This document shows, one piece after another, positions 56,404 through 64,000 of a stretch of DNA of 64,000 nucleotides (its first letter is position 1; each line of letters opens with the position of its first letter). Under the pieces are notes generated by a model. It did no database searches, was not told where the DNA came from, and saw only the letters and a program-made list of their open reading frames with translations. The DNA comes from Dehalococcoidia bacterium. GTDB taxonomy: Bacteria; Chloroflexota; Dehalococcoidia; Lucifugimonadales; UBA3495. The DNA lies in contig CBDCUJ010000011.1 in assembly GCA_965222595.1 (NCBI GenBank), positions 4,838-68,837 on the forward strand, written 5' to 3'. A program made the translations under genes and the position numbers.

Positions 56404-56563
56404 CACCGGAAATTCCCGATTATAAGCCCACAACGAATCTGCGACTGAGTCCTGCGGCCCAGCAGAGCAATCGCACCTGAATTCGTGAGTGCCGAATCCA
56501 AAGCCTTTTCATTCTACCCCTCCCGCGGCCCTACCTTGGCCTTGGCCACGAAAATCAATATGT

Positions 56564-56588
56564 AGGGGCGGCCCTTGTGGCCGCCCCT
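56564..56588. repeat. GC-rich REP-like hairpin
   Basis: AGGGGCGGCC-CTTGT-GGCCGCCCCT, 10-bp perfect stem. Only one copy seen in this window. Confidence 0.4.
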
Positions 56589-56731
56589 CCCCGCATGAAA
56601 AGGCCCTGACACTTGCCCGTTCCCAATCCTTGAAGCCACACCCTACCATGGTACCTGTCCGGCGCGGCGTCCCGCCCTTCATCCTGAGCGGACCGGGCGA
56701 ACAAACCCCGGCCGCATCACCGAAGCGGCGC

Positions 56732-56779
56732 GGCATCCGTGGCATCCGGCATCCTTGGCATCCGGCATCCTTGGCATCC
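56732..56779. repeat. Six closely spaced direct copies of the heptamer GGCATCC
   Basis: Copies at 56732, 56741, 56748, 56757, 56764 and 56773. The 16-nt unit GGCATCCGGCATCCTT is repeated. Confidence 0.85.
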
Positions 56780-56851
56780 AATGACCAAAATTCGCGCCTA
56801 AAACGGACAGTCCCAGCCCCCGTCATTCCGGGAATCCACCACCGGGGCAAT

Positions 56852-56871
56852 ATGGCACGAAATGGCACGAA
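56852..56871. repeat. Perfect tandem duplication of ATGGCACGAA
   Basis: 56852-56861 and 56862-56871, followed by an A-rich tract. Confidence 0.85.
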
Positions 56872-56926
56872 AAATAAAAATTTCGGCTCACCCATCGTCA
56901 AGTAAACTTCATGAGGTGAACCCCAT

Positions 56927-57249
56927 ATGTATACCCTGAGCGCCCTGAGAGCCCGCGTCCGCGCCGTCCAACGAAAATTGGCCCCCCAACTCGCCCTCCT
57001 CCGGCTCCGCCGGTTGGCCGGGGAGCATTGCCTCCAATCATCTGCGGCCCGCGCCGACCGCCACCCCCTCCCGGGTCCCATGCGTTCATCCGCCGGGTAG
57101 CCTCCGCCGGCTTCCGGCTCCCCACCTTCATGGCAGTCCACAAATACCTGGAGCGGTGCCGCGCCAACAACCCCCTCCCCGACCGCGAAGACCTCCTTCA
57201 CGTCCTCATCCCCTGGTCCCGGGACTATCCCGTTCCCAGGTTCTGCTAG
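56927..57249 (+). pseudogene. Possible frameshifted small gene (57-codon ORF plus an overlapping 73-codon ORF in another frame)
   Basis: ATG 56927 has a GAGGTGA RBS 7 nt upstream. ORF1 stops at 57100. ORF 57028-57249 continues in a different frame across a C-rich run (CCACCCCCTCCCGGG). No family recognised. Confidence 0.2.
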
Positions 57250-57439
57250 AGACGAAACAGTCCCAATGAAACAATCACAGAAATCATCCAAATCAAACGA
57301 ATCACAGTTCAAGACAACGGCCCGACAGCATTCGCCCACGGCGAAGAATGAAAAGGCCCTGGTAGCCCGCCTCCGTCTCTTGACACTAATCACGGCGGCA
57401 GGCATTCTATCCCCAACTGCGTAACCTGAGAGGCGCCGC

Positions 57440-58642
57440 ATGGACTTTGGATACACCCCGGAGCAGGAAACTCTGCGGAGAGAGTTGCAGGAATTCATCG
57501 CCGAACACGTCACTCAGGACGTGCTCGATGAATTGGAAAGCGGCGAAGAAGGCGGGCGCGGCGTCCACTACCGGGAGCTGGTCAGGAAGGTCGCAGAGCG
57601 CAACTGGATCGGCATTAGCTGGCCCGAAGAGTACGGCGGACAGGGCGGCAGCCGCATAGAACAATACATTGTGGAGGAAGAGTTCGCCCGGCTCGGCGTA
57701 GCCGTCGGCGGGGCCGGCAGCGGAGCACCGGCGATACTGGCCGCCGGCACCGAGGAGCAGAAGCAGCACTTCATTCCGGGCCTCATCAGCGGCGAGATCA
57801 TATTCGCCTTGGGCTTCACCGAGCCACAGGCCGGGGCCGACCTTGCCGGGCTGCAGTGCCGCGCCGTGCGGGACGGCGACGAGTATGTCATCAACGGACA
57901 GAAGATGTACACGTCGGCAGCCCATTACGCCACCCACCTCTACCTGATGGCCCGCACCGACCCCGATGCGCCGCGCCACCGCGGCATTTCGATTTTCCTG
58001 GTGCCCATGGACACCCCCGGCATCACTGTGCGCCCGCTCTGGACCATCCAGAGCGACCCGCCCGCTCCGGTGGGAACGACCTACGGCATGGCCCGCACCA
58101 ACGAGACCTTTTTCGAAGACGTACGGATCCCCGCCTCCTGTATGTTGGGCGAGGAAAACGCTGGCTGGTACGTGGGGGCCATGGGCCTGAACCTCGACCG
58201 TGTGGGGGCCAGCCGCTACCTGATCTCGGTGCGCCGTGACGAAGACATCGTGAACTGGGTCAAGGATAACGACTTCGGCGGCCACTCGCCGGCTGAAGAC
58301 CCGGCGGTGCGCGACAAGCTGGCCGAGCTTTGGACCGAGGCCCAGGTGTGCCGGCTGATGACCATGCGCAGCATGTCGCTGGTCGAGCGGGGCGGCAACT
58401 TCACCTACGAAGGCGCGGCCGAGAAGGTCTGGGCCCCCGAACACGGCGTACACACGACCGAGGCTATCACCCAGATCCTGGGCCCCTACGCCCAGTTGCT
58501 CAGCAGCTCCGAAGAGGCCATTGAAGACGGCGTCTTCGCTCACAACGTGATGGGCGCGTTCCAGTCGGGCATCAACCATGGCAGCGTCCAGGTAATGCGG
58601 GACCAGATGGCCCGACGCGGCCTGGGAATGCCCCGAGGGTAA
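57440..58642 (+). CDS. Acyl-CoA dehydrogenase family protein
   Basis: 400 aa. ...GFTEPQAGADLAG...INGQKMYTS... and C-terminal helical domain. Confidence 0.85.
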   Translation: MDFGYTPEQETLRRELQEFIAEHVTQDVLDELESGEEGGRGVHYRELVRKVAERNWIGISWPEEYGGQGGSRIEQYIVEEEFARLGVAVGGAGSGAPAILAAGTEEQKQHFIPGLISGEIIFALGFTEPQAGADLAGLQCRAVRDGDEYVINGQKMYTSAAHYATHLYLMARTDPDAPRHRGISIFLVPMDTPGITVRPLWTIQSDPPAPVGTTYGMARTNETFFEDVRIPASCMLGEENAGWYVGAMGLNLDRVGASRYLISVRRDEDIVNWVKDNDFGGHSPAEDPAVRDKLAELWTEAQVCRLMTMRSMSLVERGGNFTYEGAAEKVWAPEHGVHTTEAITQILGPYAQLLSSSEEAIEDGVFAHNVMGAFQSGINHGSVQVMRDQMARRGLGMPRG

Positions 58643-58723
58643 GCGGCCCTTCGGCAGAGGGGCACCGTCGTAGTGGCGTTTCCCGAAACGTCCCTGTGAT
58701 TTAGAGATTCAGCGAAAAAAACG

Positions 58724-59893
58724 ATGGACATACTTCCTTCCGAAGAAGAACAGATGCTCAAAAACGTGGCCCGTGAGGTCCTGGAGGCGGAGGTCTCCAC
58801 GGCCATGGTCCGCGAGATGGAGCTGGACGACCTGGGCTACTCCGCCGACCTGTGGCGGCGGATGGCCAGCCTGGGCTGGTTGGGGCTGGCCATTCCCGAA
58901 ACCTACGGCGGCCAAGGACTGCCATTGACTTACCTAGGTCTGATCATGGAGGAGTTGGGCCGGGTACTGGCCCCCGTTCCCTTGCACAGCACAATGGTGG
59001 CTGCTTTGACTATTGCCGAGGCCGGGAGCGAGGAGCAGAAACGGGAGATTCTCCCTGCGGTCTGCGGCGGCGGCATGGTCCTGACCTGGGCCGTTACCGA
59101 GCGCGACCCGCGGCTCGTTCCTGAAGCGATCGTGCAGCAGGCCGAACCCGACGGCGACGGTTGGGTCCTGAACGGCGAAAAGATGTTCGTCGAGAATTTC
59201 ATCGTAGCTCGGAAATGCCTGCTTGCGGTGCGGACCGCTCCGGCTTCCGCCGAAAACGACGGCATATCGCTGTTCCTGATCGACCCCAACGGCGCCGGCG
59301 TTTCCCATACTCCTCTGGTCACCATCGCCAAGGACAAGCAGAGCCGGGTGAGCTTCAACGGCGTCCGGGTCACCAGGGACGACCTGGTGGGTGAACTGCA
59401 CCACGGGTGGCCGATAGTCGAGTCCATGCTGGACCGGGCGACGGCCCTCCTGTGCTGCCAGATGGTGGGGGCAACCCGCAAAGACGCCGAGATGGCGACC
59501 GAATACGCCAAGAACCGCGTCGCCTTCGGGCGTCCCATCGGCTCCTTCCAGTCCATACAGCACCTCTGCGCCGACATGCTATTGCACGTCGACGGCGGCC
59601 AGTTGCTGACCTATGAGGCCCTGTGGAAGATGGACCAAGGGCTGCCCGCCAGCGTTGAAGTGTCCCAAGCCAAGGCTTTTTGCAACGAGAAGTGCGAGTC
59701 GGTGGTCCGTTCGTCCCAAGTGATCCACGGCGGAATCGGCTTCATGATGGAGTTCGACCTGCACCTGTGGTTCCGCCGGGTCTCGGCTTGGAGCATGCGT
59801 CTCGGCACCACCTTCGAACACCGGGCGAAAATCGCCAGCGCGCTGCTGGACAAGCCGGGCAAAGTACGCTTGGGTCTGCCACTGCCAAGTTAG
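58724..59893 (+). CDS. Acyl-CoA dehydrogenase family protein
   Basis: 389 aa. ...VLNGEKMFVENF...YAKNRVAFGRPIGSFQSIQH...IHGGIGF. Confidence 0.85.
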   Translation: MDILPSEEEQMLKNVAREVLEAEVSTAMVREMELDDLGYSADLWRRMASLGWLGLAIPETYGGQGLPLTYLGLIMEELGRVLAPVPLHSTMVAALTIAEAGSEEQKREILPAVCGGGMVLTWAVTERDPRLVPEAIVQQAEPDGDGWVLNGEKMFVENFIVARKCLLAVRTAPASAENDGISLFLIDPNGAGVSHTPLVTIAKDKQSRVSFNGVRVTRDDLVGELHHGWPIVESMLDRATALLCCQMVGATRKDAEMATEYAKNRVAFGRPIGSFQSIQHLCADMLLHVDGGQLLTYEALWKMDQGLPASVEVSQAKAFCNEKCESVVRSSQVIHGGIGFMMEFDLHLWFRRVSAWSMRLGTTFEHRAKIASALLDKPGKVRLGLPLPS

Positions 59894-59953
59894 GAATTAC
59901 GGATTAAGAATTGGGAATTACGAATGAGTGTGACAATTACTGATTCGTAATTC
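59893..59953. repeat. AT-richer inverted-repeat block upstream of the YHS gene (GGAAT/GAGTG word family)
   Basis: Contains a perfect 11-bp stem GAATTACGAAT (59915-59925) / ATTCGTAATTC (59943-59953). Resembles the reverse complement of 60221-60259. Confidence 0.5.
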
Positions 59954-59985
59954 TCAATTTCAAATAAATTGCCGGAGGTGGACCC

Positions 59986-60183
59986 ATGGCCCGAGACCCC
60001 GTTTGCGGGATAGAAATCGACGAGGAGCAGGCCCGTGCCCAGACCTCGGTGACCCGTCACGGCGCCGCCGAGGTCGACCCACAGCAAGGCACCCGCATCT
60101 TCCACGACGGCAGTTGGATTTATTTCTGCGGTCTGGAGTGCCGCACCAAGTTCCTAGCCAGCCCGAACTCGTATGAATTGTGA
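59986..60183 (+). CDS. YHS-domain (TRASH-like metal-binding) small protein
   Basis: 65 aa. DPVCGIEI...IYFCGLECRTKFLASP. GGAGGTG RBS. Confidence 0.65.
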   Translation: MARDPVCGIEIDEEQARAQTSVTRHGAAEVDPQQGTRIFHDGSWIYFCGLECRTKFLASPNSYEL

Positions 60184-60259
60184 ATTTGGAGTGCGGAATG
60201 TTGAGTTCCGAGGCCCGGAACGGCAATTCCACACTTCAAACTCCCAATTCCGAATTCCC
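60184..60259. repeat. Inverted-repeat block downstream of the YHS gene (same word family)
   Basis: TTTGGAGTGCGGAATG (60185-60200) vs reverse complement of AATTCCACACTTCAAA (60225-60240), 13/16. Then CTCCCAATTCCGAATTCCC. Confidence 0.5.
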
Positions 60260-60269
60260 ATAGGGGGTT

Positions 60270-60869
60270 ATGATGCCTGACCCGATTACGCTGGACCCGA
60301 AGAAGACCGCCGTCATCCTGGTGGACATGATCAACGCTGTCGCCAAGGGCGACGGCCCTCCGTACAATCCGCCCGCCAACCGTCAAGCGGTCATCGACAA
60401 CTTCGTCCGCCTCGTGGCCCATTGCCGCGAGGTAGGAACGCCGCTGATATTCATCACCACCCATCGCCGTCCGGATAACGCCGACGCGCCAAGGACCGTA
60501 TCCGACATCGGCGGTGGCGGCGGCACCATGCTGGCGGGCACCCCGGCCGTCGAGGTCATTGACGAGCTCGCGCCACAGCCCGGCGACTACATCGTGGTGA
60601 AGCCCCGGTTCAGCGCCTTCTACGGCACCAACGTGGAGGGCATCCTCAAGGCCCTTGGCGCCGAGACCATCCTGGTCGGCGGCATCTCCACCCAGCGCAG
60701 CGTCGAAGGCACCGCCCGGGACGCCAAGAACCGCGACATGCAGTGCGTCGTCGTGAGCGACTGCTGTACCGCTGGCGAGGAAGACGTGCACGAGATGACC
60801 ATCAAGCACGTGCTGCCCCTGCTGGTCCGGGTACGCAACACCGACGAGGTGATAGCGGCATTGTCCTGA
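60270..60869 (+). CDS. Isochorismatase/cysteine-hydrolase family protein
   Basis: 199 aa. TAVILVDMIN...KPRFSAFYGTNVEGILKALGAETILVGGISTQRSVEGTARDA...VVSDCC. Confidence 0.75.
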   Translation: MMPDPITLDPKKTAVILVDMINAVAKGDGPPYNPPANRQAVIDNFVRLVAHCREVGTPLIFITTHRRPDNADAPRTVSDIGGGGGTMLAGTPAVEVIDELAPQPGDYIVVKPRFSAFYGTNVEGILKALGAETILVGGISTQRSVEGTARDAKNRDMQCVVVSDCCTAGEEDVHEMTIKHVLPLLVRVRNTDEVIAALS

Positions 60870-60941
60870 CTCTCCAAAAGAACGGGACACCCTAACTCTC
60901 TCAGAGGGACAGGGAACTTGATAGCCGGGAGGTAAACCGTC

Positions 60942-61928
60942 ATGAGCGACGTCAAAACAGTCTTGGTAGGCACCATCGGACAAGGAATCATGCGCAGCGC
61001 CGACGGCGGCGAGTCTTGGCGGCGGGTCGGGATCGACGCCGGGATGCACTCCGACGCTCTGGTACGAACCTTGGGCAACCACCCCGGCCGGCCCGGCGTA
61101 GTGTTCGCCGGTACCGACAAGGGGTTGTACCGCAGTGAAGACGGCGGGCAGCAGTGGAAGCTGCTGGACACGGCCATGAGCGGTGCCTGCGTGTGGGCCC
61201 TGGCGATCGACTCGGCTGACCCCAACCTGATGTTCGCGGGTACCGGCACCCCCGACCCCGCCGGAGTATTTCGCTCCAGCGACGGCGGGCAGACCTGGGA
61301 ACAGCGTCCCGTCGAAATCGCCAAGGAATGCCCCAACGTGGGTGTGCCCCGCGTGACCGGCATCGCCATCGACCCCCAGACTCACCGTGACGTCTGGGTG
61401 GGGTTGGAAGTAGACGGCCTGCGCCGGAGCTCGGACGCCGGCGATACTTGGGAGTCCATCAACGGCGCGATCCCCAATCCCGATGTGCACAACGTCGCCG
61501 TGGCCGCCGGCCCCCCGAAGACCGTCGTAGTGGTGGTGAACAACGACGTCTATACCAGCGCCGACAACGGCGCCAGTTGGGACCGGCTCGGCATCCGCGA
61601 GGTTTTTCCCCTCACCTATCCCCGGGGCATCATGGTGCAGCCGGACAACCCCAACGTGTTCTTCGTGACCATCGGCGACACCACTCCCGGGCAGACCGGC
61701 ACCGTAATGCGCTCCAAAGACACCGGGAAGACCTGGGAAAACCTTGACCTTCCGGTCGAACCCAACACCGCCATGTGGACGGTCAACATCCAGACCGCCG
61801 ACCCCAGTGTCGTGTTCGCCGGCAGCCGCTACGGCTACCTCTACCGCAGCGACGACGGCGGAGACTCCTGGAGCAAGCTCCGCCGCGAGTTCAGCGAAAT
61901 CTCCAGCGTGATGTGGCTGCCGGAGTAG
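60942..61928 (+). CDS. BNR/Asp-box repeat beta-propeller protein
   Basis: 328 aa. Repeated S-x-D-x-G-x-(S/T)-W boxes (SADGGESW, SEDGGQQW, SSDGGQTW, SSDAGDTW, SADNGASW, SKDTGKTW, SDDGGDSW). Confidence 0.7.
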   Translation: MSDVKTVLVGTIGQGIMRSADGGESWRRVGIDAGMHSDALVRTLGNHPGRPGVVFAGTDKGLYRSEDGGQQWKLLDTAMSGACVWALAIDSADPNLMFAGTGTPDPAGVFRSSDGGQTWEQRPVEIAKECPNVGVPRVTGIAIDPQTHRDVWVGLEVDGLRRSSDAGDTWESINGAIPNPDVHNVAVAAGPPKTVVVVVNNDVYTSADNGASWDRLGIREVFPLTYPRGIMVQPDNPNVFFVTIGDTTPGQTGTVMRSKDTGKTWENLDLPVEPNTAMWTVNIQTADPSVVFAGSRYGYLYRSDDGGDSWSKLRREFSEISSVMWLPE

Positions 61929-61957
61929 GGAGCAGCACAGGGTCCCGCATAGGCAGC

Positions 61958-61990
61958 AAAGCCCCGGCGTCTGCCGGGGCTTTCAGGTTT
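61958..61990 (+). terminator. Intrinsic terminator between convergent genes
   Basis: AAAGCCCCGGC-GTCT-GCCGGGGCTTT (11-bp perfect stem) followed by CAGGTTT. Confidence 0.6.
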
Positions 61991-62011
61991 CGTACCGGGT
62001 TCTTCTTCGCG

Positions 62012-62287
62012 TCATGCGCCGACCGGCTCGCCGGATTCGAGTAAGAAATCCACCAACTTGCCCCCGTAATAGTGTCCCGCCGTTGGCGGTGGTAACGGTG
62101 TGCCGTCCCTATGTTCAAATTCGATTACTTCGTCAACGATGTCGCAAAGCTCGGCGAACACTGCCTTTTCGTCATCGCCATGGCAACATGCCCCGTCACC
62201 GAATAGCAGTCCGGCGGCGTATCCTATGTAGAGTTGGTCCTCGTCAGACCAAGCAACTATCTTGGCGTACCGTGCGCTGTCTTTCAC
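62012..62287 (-). CDS. hicB: HicB-family type II antitoxin
   Basis: 91 aa. ...IVAWSDEDQLYIGYAAGL...CCHGDDEKAVFAEL.DIVDEVIEF....G.PLPPP pattern. 4-nt overlap with hicA. Confidence 0.65.
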   Translation of the reverse strand: MKDSARYAKIVAWSDEDQLYIGYAAGLLFGDGACCHGDDEKAVFAELCDIVDEVIEFEHRDGTPLPPPTAGHYYGGKLVDFLLESGEPVGA

Positions 62288-62481
62288 TTCTTCGATTCCT
62301 CTATGGCGATTCGTATTCGCCGAACTTGGTAGTCGTTCGCATCGGCCCCCAAATTACCTGAGAGGGTAATAGTTCGGGGTACATTCGGGTGAACGAAATT
62401 GCGGTGGCTGCCACGCCCCCCTCGATTGTAGAATCCGGATCGTTCCAGTTCGGAGATTAACTCCCGTATCTTCGGCGGCAC
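62284..62481 (-). CDS. hicA: HicA-family type II toxin (mRNA interferase)
   Basis: 65 aa. MPPKIRELISELERSGFYNRGGRGSHRNFVHP. Confidence 0.75.
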   Translation of the reverse strand: MPPKIRELISELERSGFYNRGGRGSHRNFVHPNVPRTITLSGNLGADANDYQVRRIRIAIEESKK

Positions 62482-62539
62482 GAATACTTCCAGCTGTTTC
62501 TCGGCAGACTTAGCCTACTCGCTATGGTAGTTGATTCCC

Positions 62540-63472
62540 TTAGCGGTTGAAAGGTCGGCGGTAATGCCGGGCTAACTCCGAAGCGTAGCGTTGGCCCAGT
62601 GACGGGCCCTCGGCTTCGAGCCATTCCGTGAAGCGTGTCGGAGCGGTGGGTGGATCGGCCGAGACTAGAAGCCCCGCCATCAACCCGTCGAGTTCGTCCT
62701 TGGTCAGCACCACATCGCGGACGAGCCGGCCTGCTATCCGGGCCGCCAGCAGTGCCGCCGATGGCGGCGTGCGCACCAGCCGGGACCGGCTGCCGACGCG
62801 CCGGGCCAGCAACCGCACCATTTCCTCGAAGGTGAACGTTTCGGGGCCTACGGCGTCGATTGCAACATCGTCGACTCCCGTTCCGGCTTCTACCGCCAAT
62901 CGCGCGACGTCGTCGACGAACACCGGCTGCACTGGGTAACCGCCACGGCCGGGGATGGGAAATAATGGGAACCGGCGCAGGAACCAAGCGATGTTGTTGA
63001 TCAATATGTCTTCGGGACTGAACAGCACCGTAGGCCGGACGATGGCATAAGACAGCCCGGAGTCGCGGACAGCCATCTCCGCTAGCGCCTTGCCCCGAAA
63101 ATAGGGAAGCGGCGAGTCTTGGGTCGCGTTGGTGATGCTGATATGGACAACCCGCCGCACTCCCGCCTTTACCGCGGCCCGGAGCAAAGCGCGGGAGTTT
63201 TCGACGGCGGTGTCATGAGTGACGCCGCGGCGGGCAAAGCGGACCCAGTAGGTGTTGTACAGGATATCGGCGCCTTCGAGGCTGGCGAACAACCCTGAGG
63301 GATCGCCGAAGTCCAGCGGCCGCGCCTCGACATCGTCGCCGAAGGGGCTGCGGGAGACCGGGGTCCGGGTAAGAGTTCTAACCCGACTGCCTTGCTCCAG
63401 CAAGCGCCGGGCGATGTACTTGCCGGTGTAACCGAAAGCCCCGGTGACCACGCTGAGCTTGTTTTGGTCCAT
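62540..63472 (-). CDS. NAD(P)H-binding, NmrA/NDUFA9-like atypical SDR-family protein
   Basis: 310 aa. VVTGAFGYTGKYIARRLLEQG Rossmann motif. Confidence 0.7.
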   Translation of the reverse strand: MDQNKLSVVTGAFGYTGKYIARRLLEQGSRVRTLTRTPVSRSPFGDDVEARPLDFGDPSGLFASLEGADILYNTYWVRFARRGVTHDTAVENSRALLRAAVKAGVRRVVHISITNATQDSPLPYFRGKALAEMAVRDSGLSYAIVRPTVLFSPEDILINNIAWFLRRFPLFPIPGRGGYPVQPVFVDDVARLAVEAGTGVDDVAIDAVGPETFTFEEMVRLLARRVGSRSRLVRTPPSAALLAARIAGRLVRDVVLTKDELDGLMAGLLVSADPPTAPTRFTEWLEAEGPSLGQRYASELARHYRRPFNR

Positions 63473-63996
63473 TATCTCTGCGGCTGTTCGACAGGTTGTG
63501 GCACCGCCGTGACCACCGATCCTCCCGGCTGTTCTCTATCGAATCTGTCCCTGTCCTCTTCGGTGGAGTGACCGTATTCGATTAGACGGACGCACCTGTC
63601 GTTGTCAGTCCAAATGGTCCGGCCCCAGCTGCCCCCGGACGTTTGGGATTCTCCGGCTCCTCCCGAAAGGTGGATGCTCGTGCCGCAGCTTCCGTCTTCC
63701 GACCGGATGCCTGTAACGAGAGCCCGGCCCGGTTTGTCGAGAGTTACGTTCTCCCAACTGATGTCGCGAGGGTCGATTGCCTCTTGCTGCAAATCGTCTA
63801 CGGTGATGGGCGCCAGGACTCTCTGCGTCACTGGCGGCTTGATCTCGATTGATGCGCCGTAGTCGGAGAAGTGGAGCGTTCGGTCGTGTTCGAGGTCCTC
63901 AGGCCACTCGAAACCGTAGATGGCCCGCTTGAAAAGGAAGTCGCTCCGCCCGATCCAGATCCCGACTCGGCTGTGCAGCCCGCTCTCCTCGTCCAA
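63472..63996 (-). CDS. Hypothetical protein (N-terminus may extend beyond the window)
   Basis: 174-aa ORF with TTG start 4 nt from the window edge. 1-nt overlap with the downstream gene. No family recognised. Confidence 0.3.
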   Translation of the reverse strand: MDEESGLHSRVGIWIGRSDFLFKRAIYGFEWPEDLEHDRTLHFSDYGASIEIKPPVTQRVLAPITVDDLQQEAIDPRDISWENVTLDKPGRALVTGIRSEDGSCGTSIHLSGGAGESQTSGGSWGRTIWTDNDRCVRLIEYGHSTEEDRDRFDREQPGGSVVTAVPQPVEQPQR

Positions 63997-64000
63997 ATGC

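Noticed and set aside
56732-56779. CRISPR array
   Set aside because: The repeats are 7-nt units with 0-2 nt between them. That is far too short and there are no spacers, so this is a simple tandem or iteron-like repeat.
56509-57513. 334-aa - strand ORF, plus the 138-aa + strand ORF at 56489-56905, in the 56.4-57.4 kb region
   Set aside because: They read straight through the GC hairpin, the GGCATCC heptamer array and AT-rich tracts, and one overlaps the ACAD start. No family resemblance. Treated as non-coding.
57407-58579. 390-aa - strand ORF opposite the first acyl-CoA dehydrogenase. Similar long antisense ORFs occur at 44971-46038, 60120-61490, 3037-4107 and 4191-5348.
   Set aside because: All lie opposite genes with clear family signatures. 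These are GC-rich shadow ORFs.

Overview
GC-rich bacterial chromosomal segment. GC content was judged by eye, not computed. Protein signatures would fit Chloroflexota or another high-GC lineage, but that is only an inference.

**Core (21.8-43.3 kb, + strand).** This is one continuous str-S10-spc-alpha ribosomal supercluster: rpsL-rpsG-fusA-rpsJ-rplC-rplD-rplW-rplB-rpsS-rplV-rpsC-rplP-rpmC-rpsQ-rplN-rplX-rplE-rpsN(Z-type)-rpsH-rplF-rplR-rpsE-rpmD-rplO-secY-adk-map-infA-rpmJ-rpsM-rpsK-rpsD-rpoA-rplQ-truA-rplM-rpsI. There is no tuf. rpmD and rpmJ were found by hand because they are shorter than 60 aa and absent from the ORF track.

**Left flank (mostly - strand).** It holds a partial meaB, a cysS fused to a GT2-like domain, Gfo/Idh/MocA and FAD oxidoreductases, and a ThDP enzyme. 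It also holds a crotonase, a RelE/ParE toxin-antitoxin pair, and a partial his operon (hisZ-hisG-x-hisD-hisC-hisB). Two SDR genes (one with degenerate catalytic motifs), birA and glyQS complete it.

**Riboswitches.** Two were recognised by eye on the - strand.
- A cobalamin riboswitch with its terminator (21.20-21.46 kb) points oddly at glyQS.
- A SAM-I riboswitch with its terminator (49.98-50.16 kb) heads mtnA-mtnP-rhodanese-ahcY-metK-pgm.

**Right flank.** It starts with a GIY-YIG/zinc-finger gene in a lower-GC islet, pncB, a fused etfB-etfA, and a fused HflK-HflC-like lipoprotein in a lower-GC patch. A ~1 kb repeat-laden non-coding stretch follows. After that come two acyl-CoA dehydrogenases, a YHS mini-gene bracketed by inverted repeats, an isochorismatase-family gene, a BNR-repeat protein, HicAB and an NAD-binding protein.

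**Other observations.**
- Several families of short palindromic intergenic repeats are present.
- Candidate promoters share a TTGACx-17/18-TAG(A/T)(A/G)T-like shape.
- No rRNA, tRNA, CRISPR, transposase or integrase was seen.

**Novel system.** I did not find a convincing multi-gene novel system such as a defence island. The most unusual items are:
- the B12 riboswitch in the glyQS leader;
- the CysRS-GT2 fusion;
- the insertion-like 54.5-57.4 kb patch;
- the palindromic repeats flanking the ribosomal supercluster.
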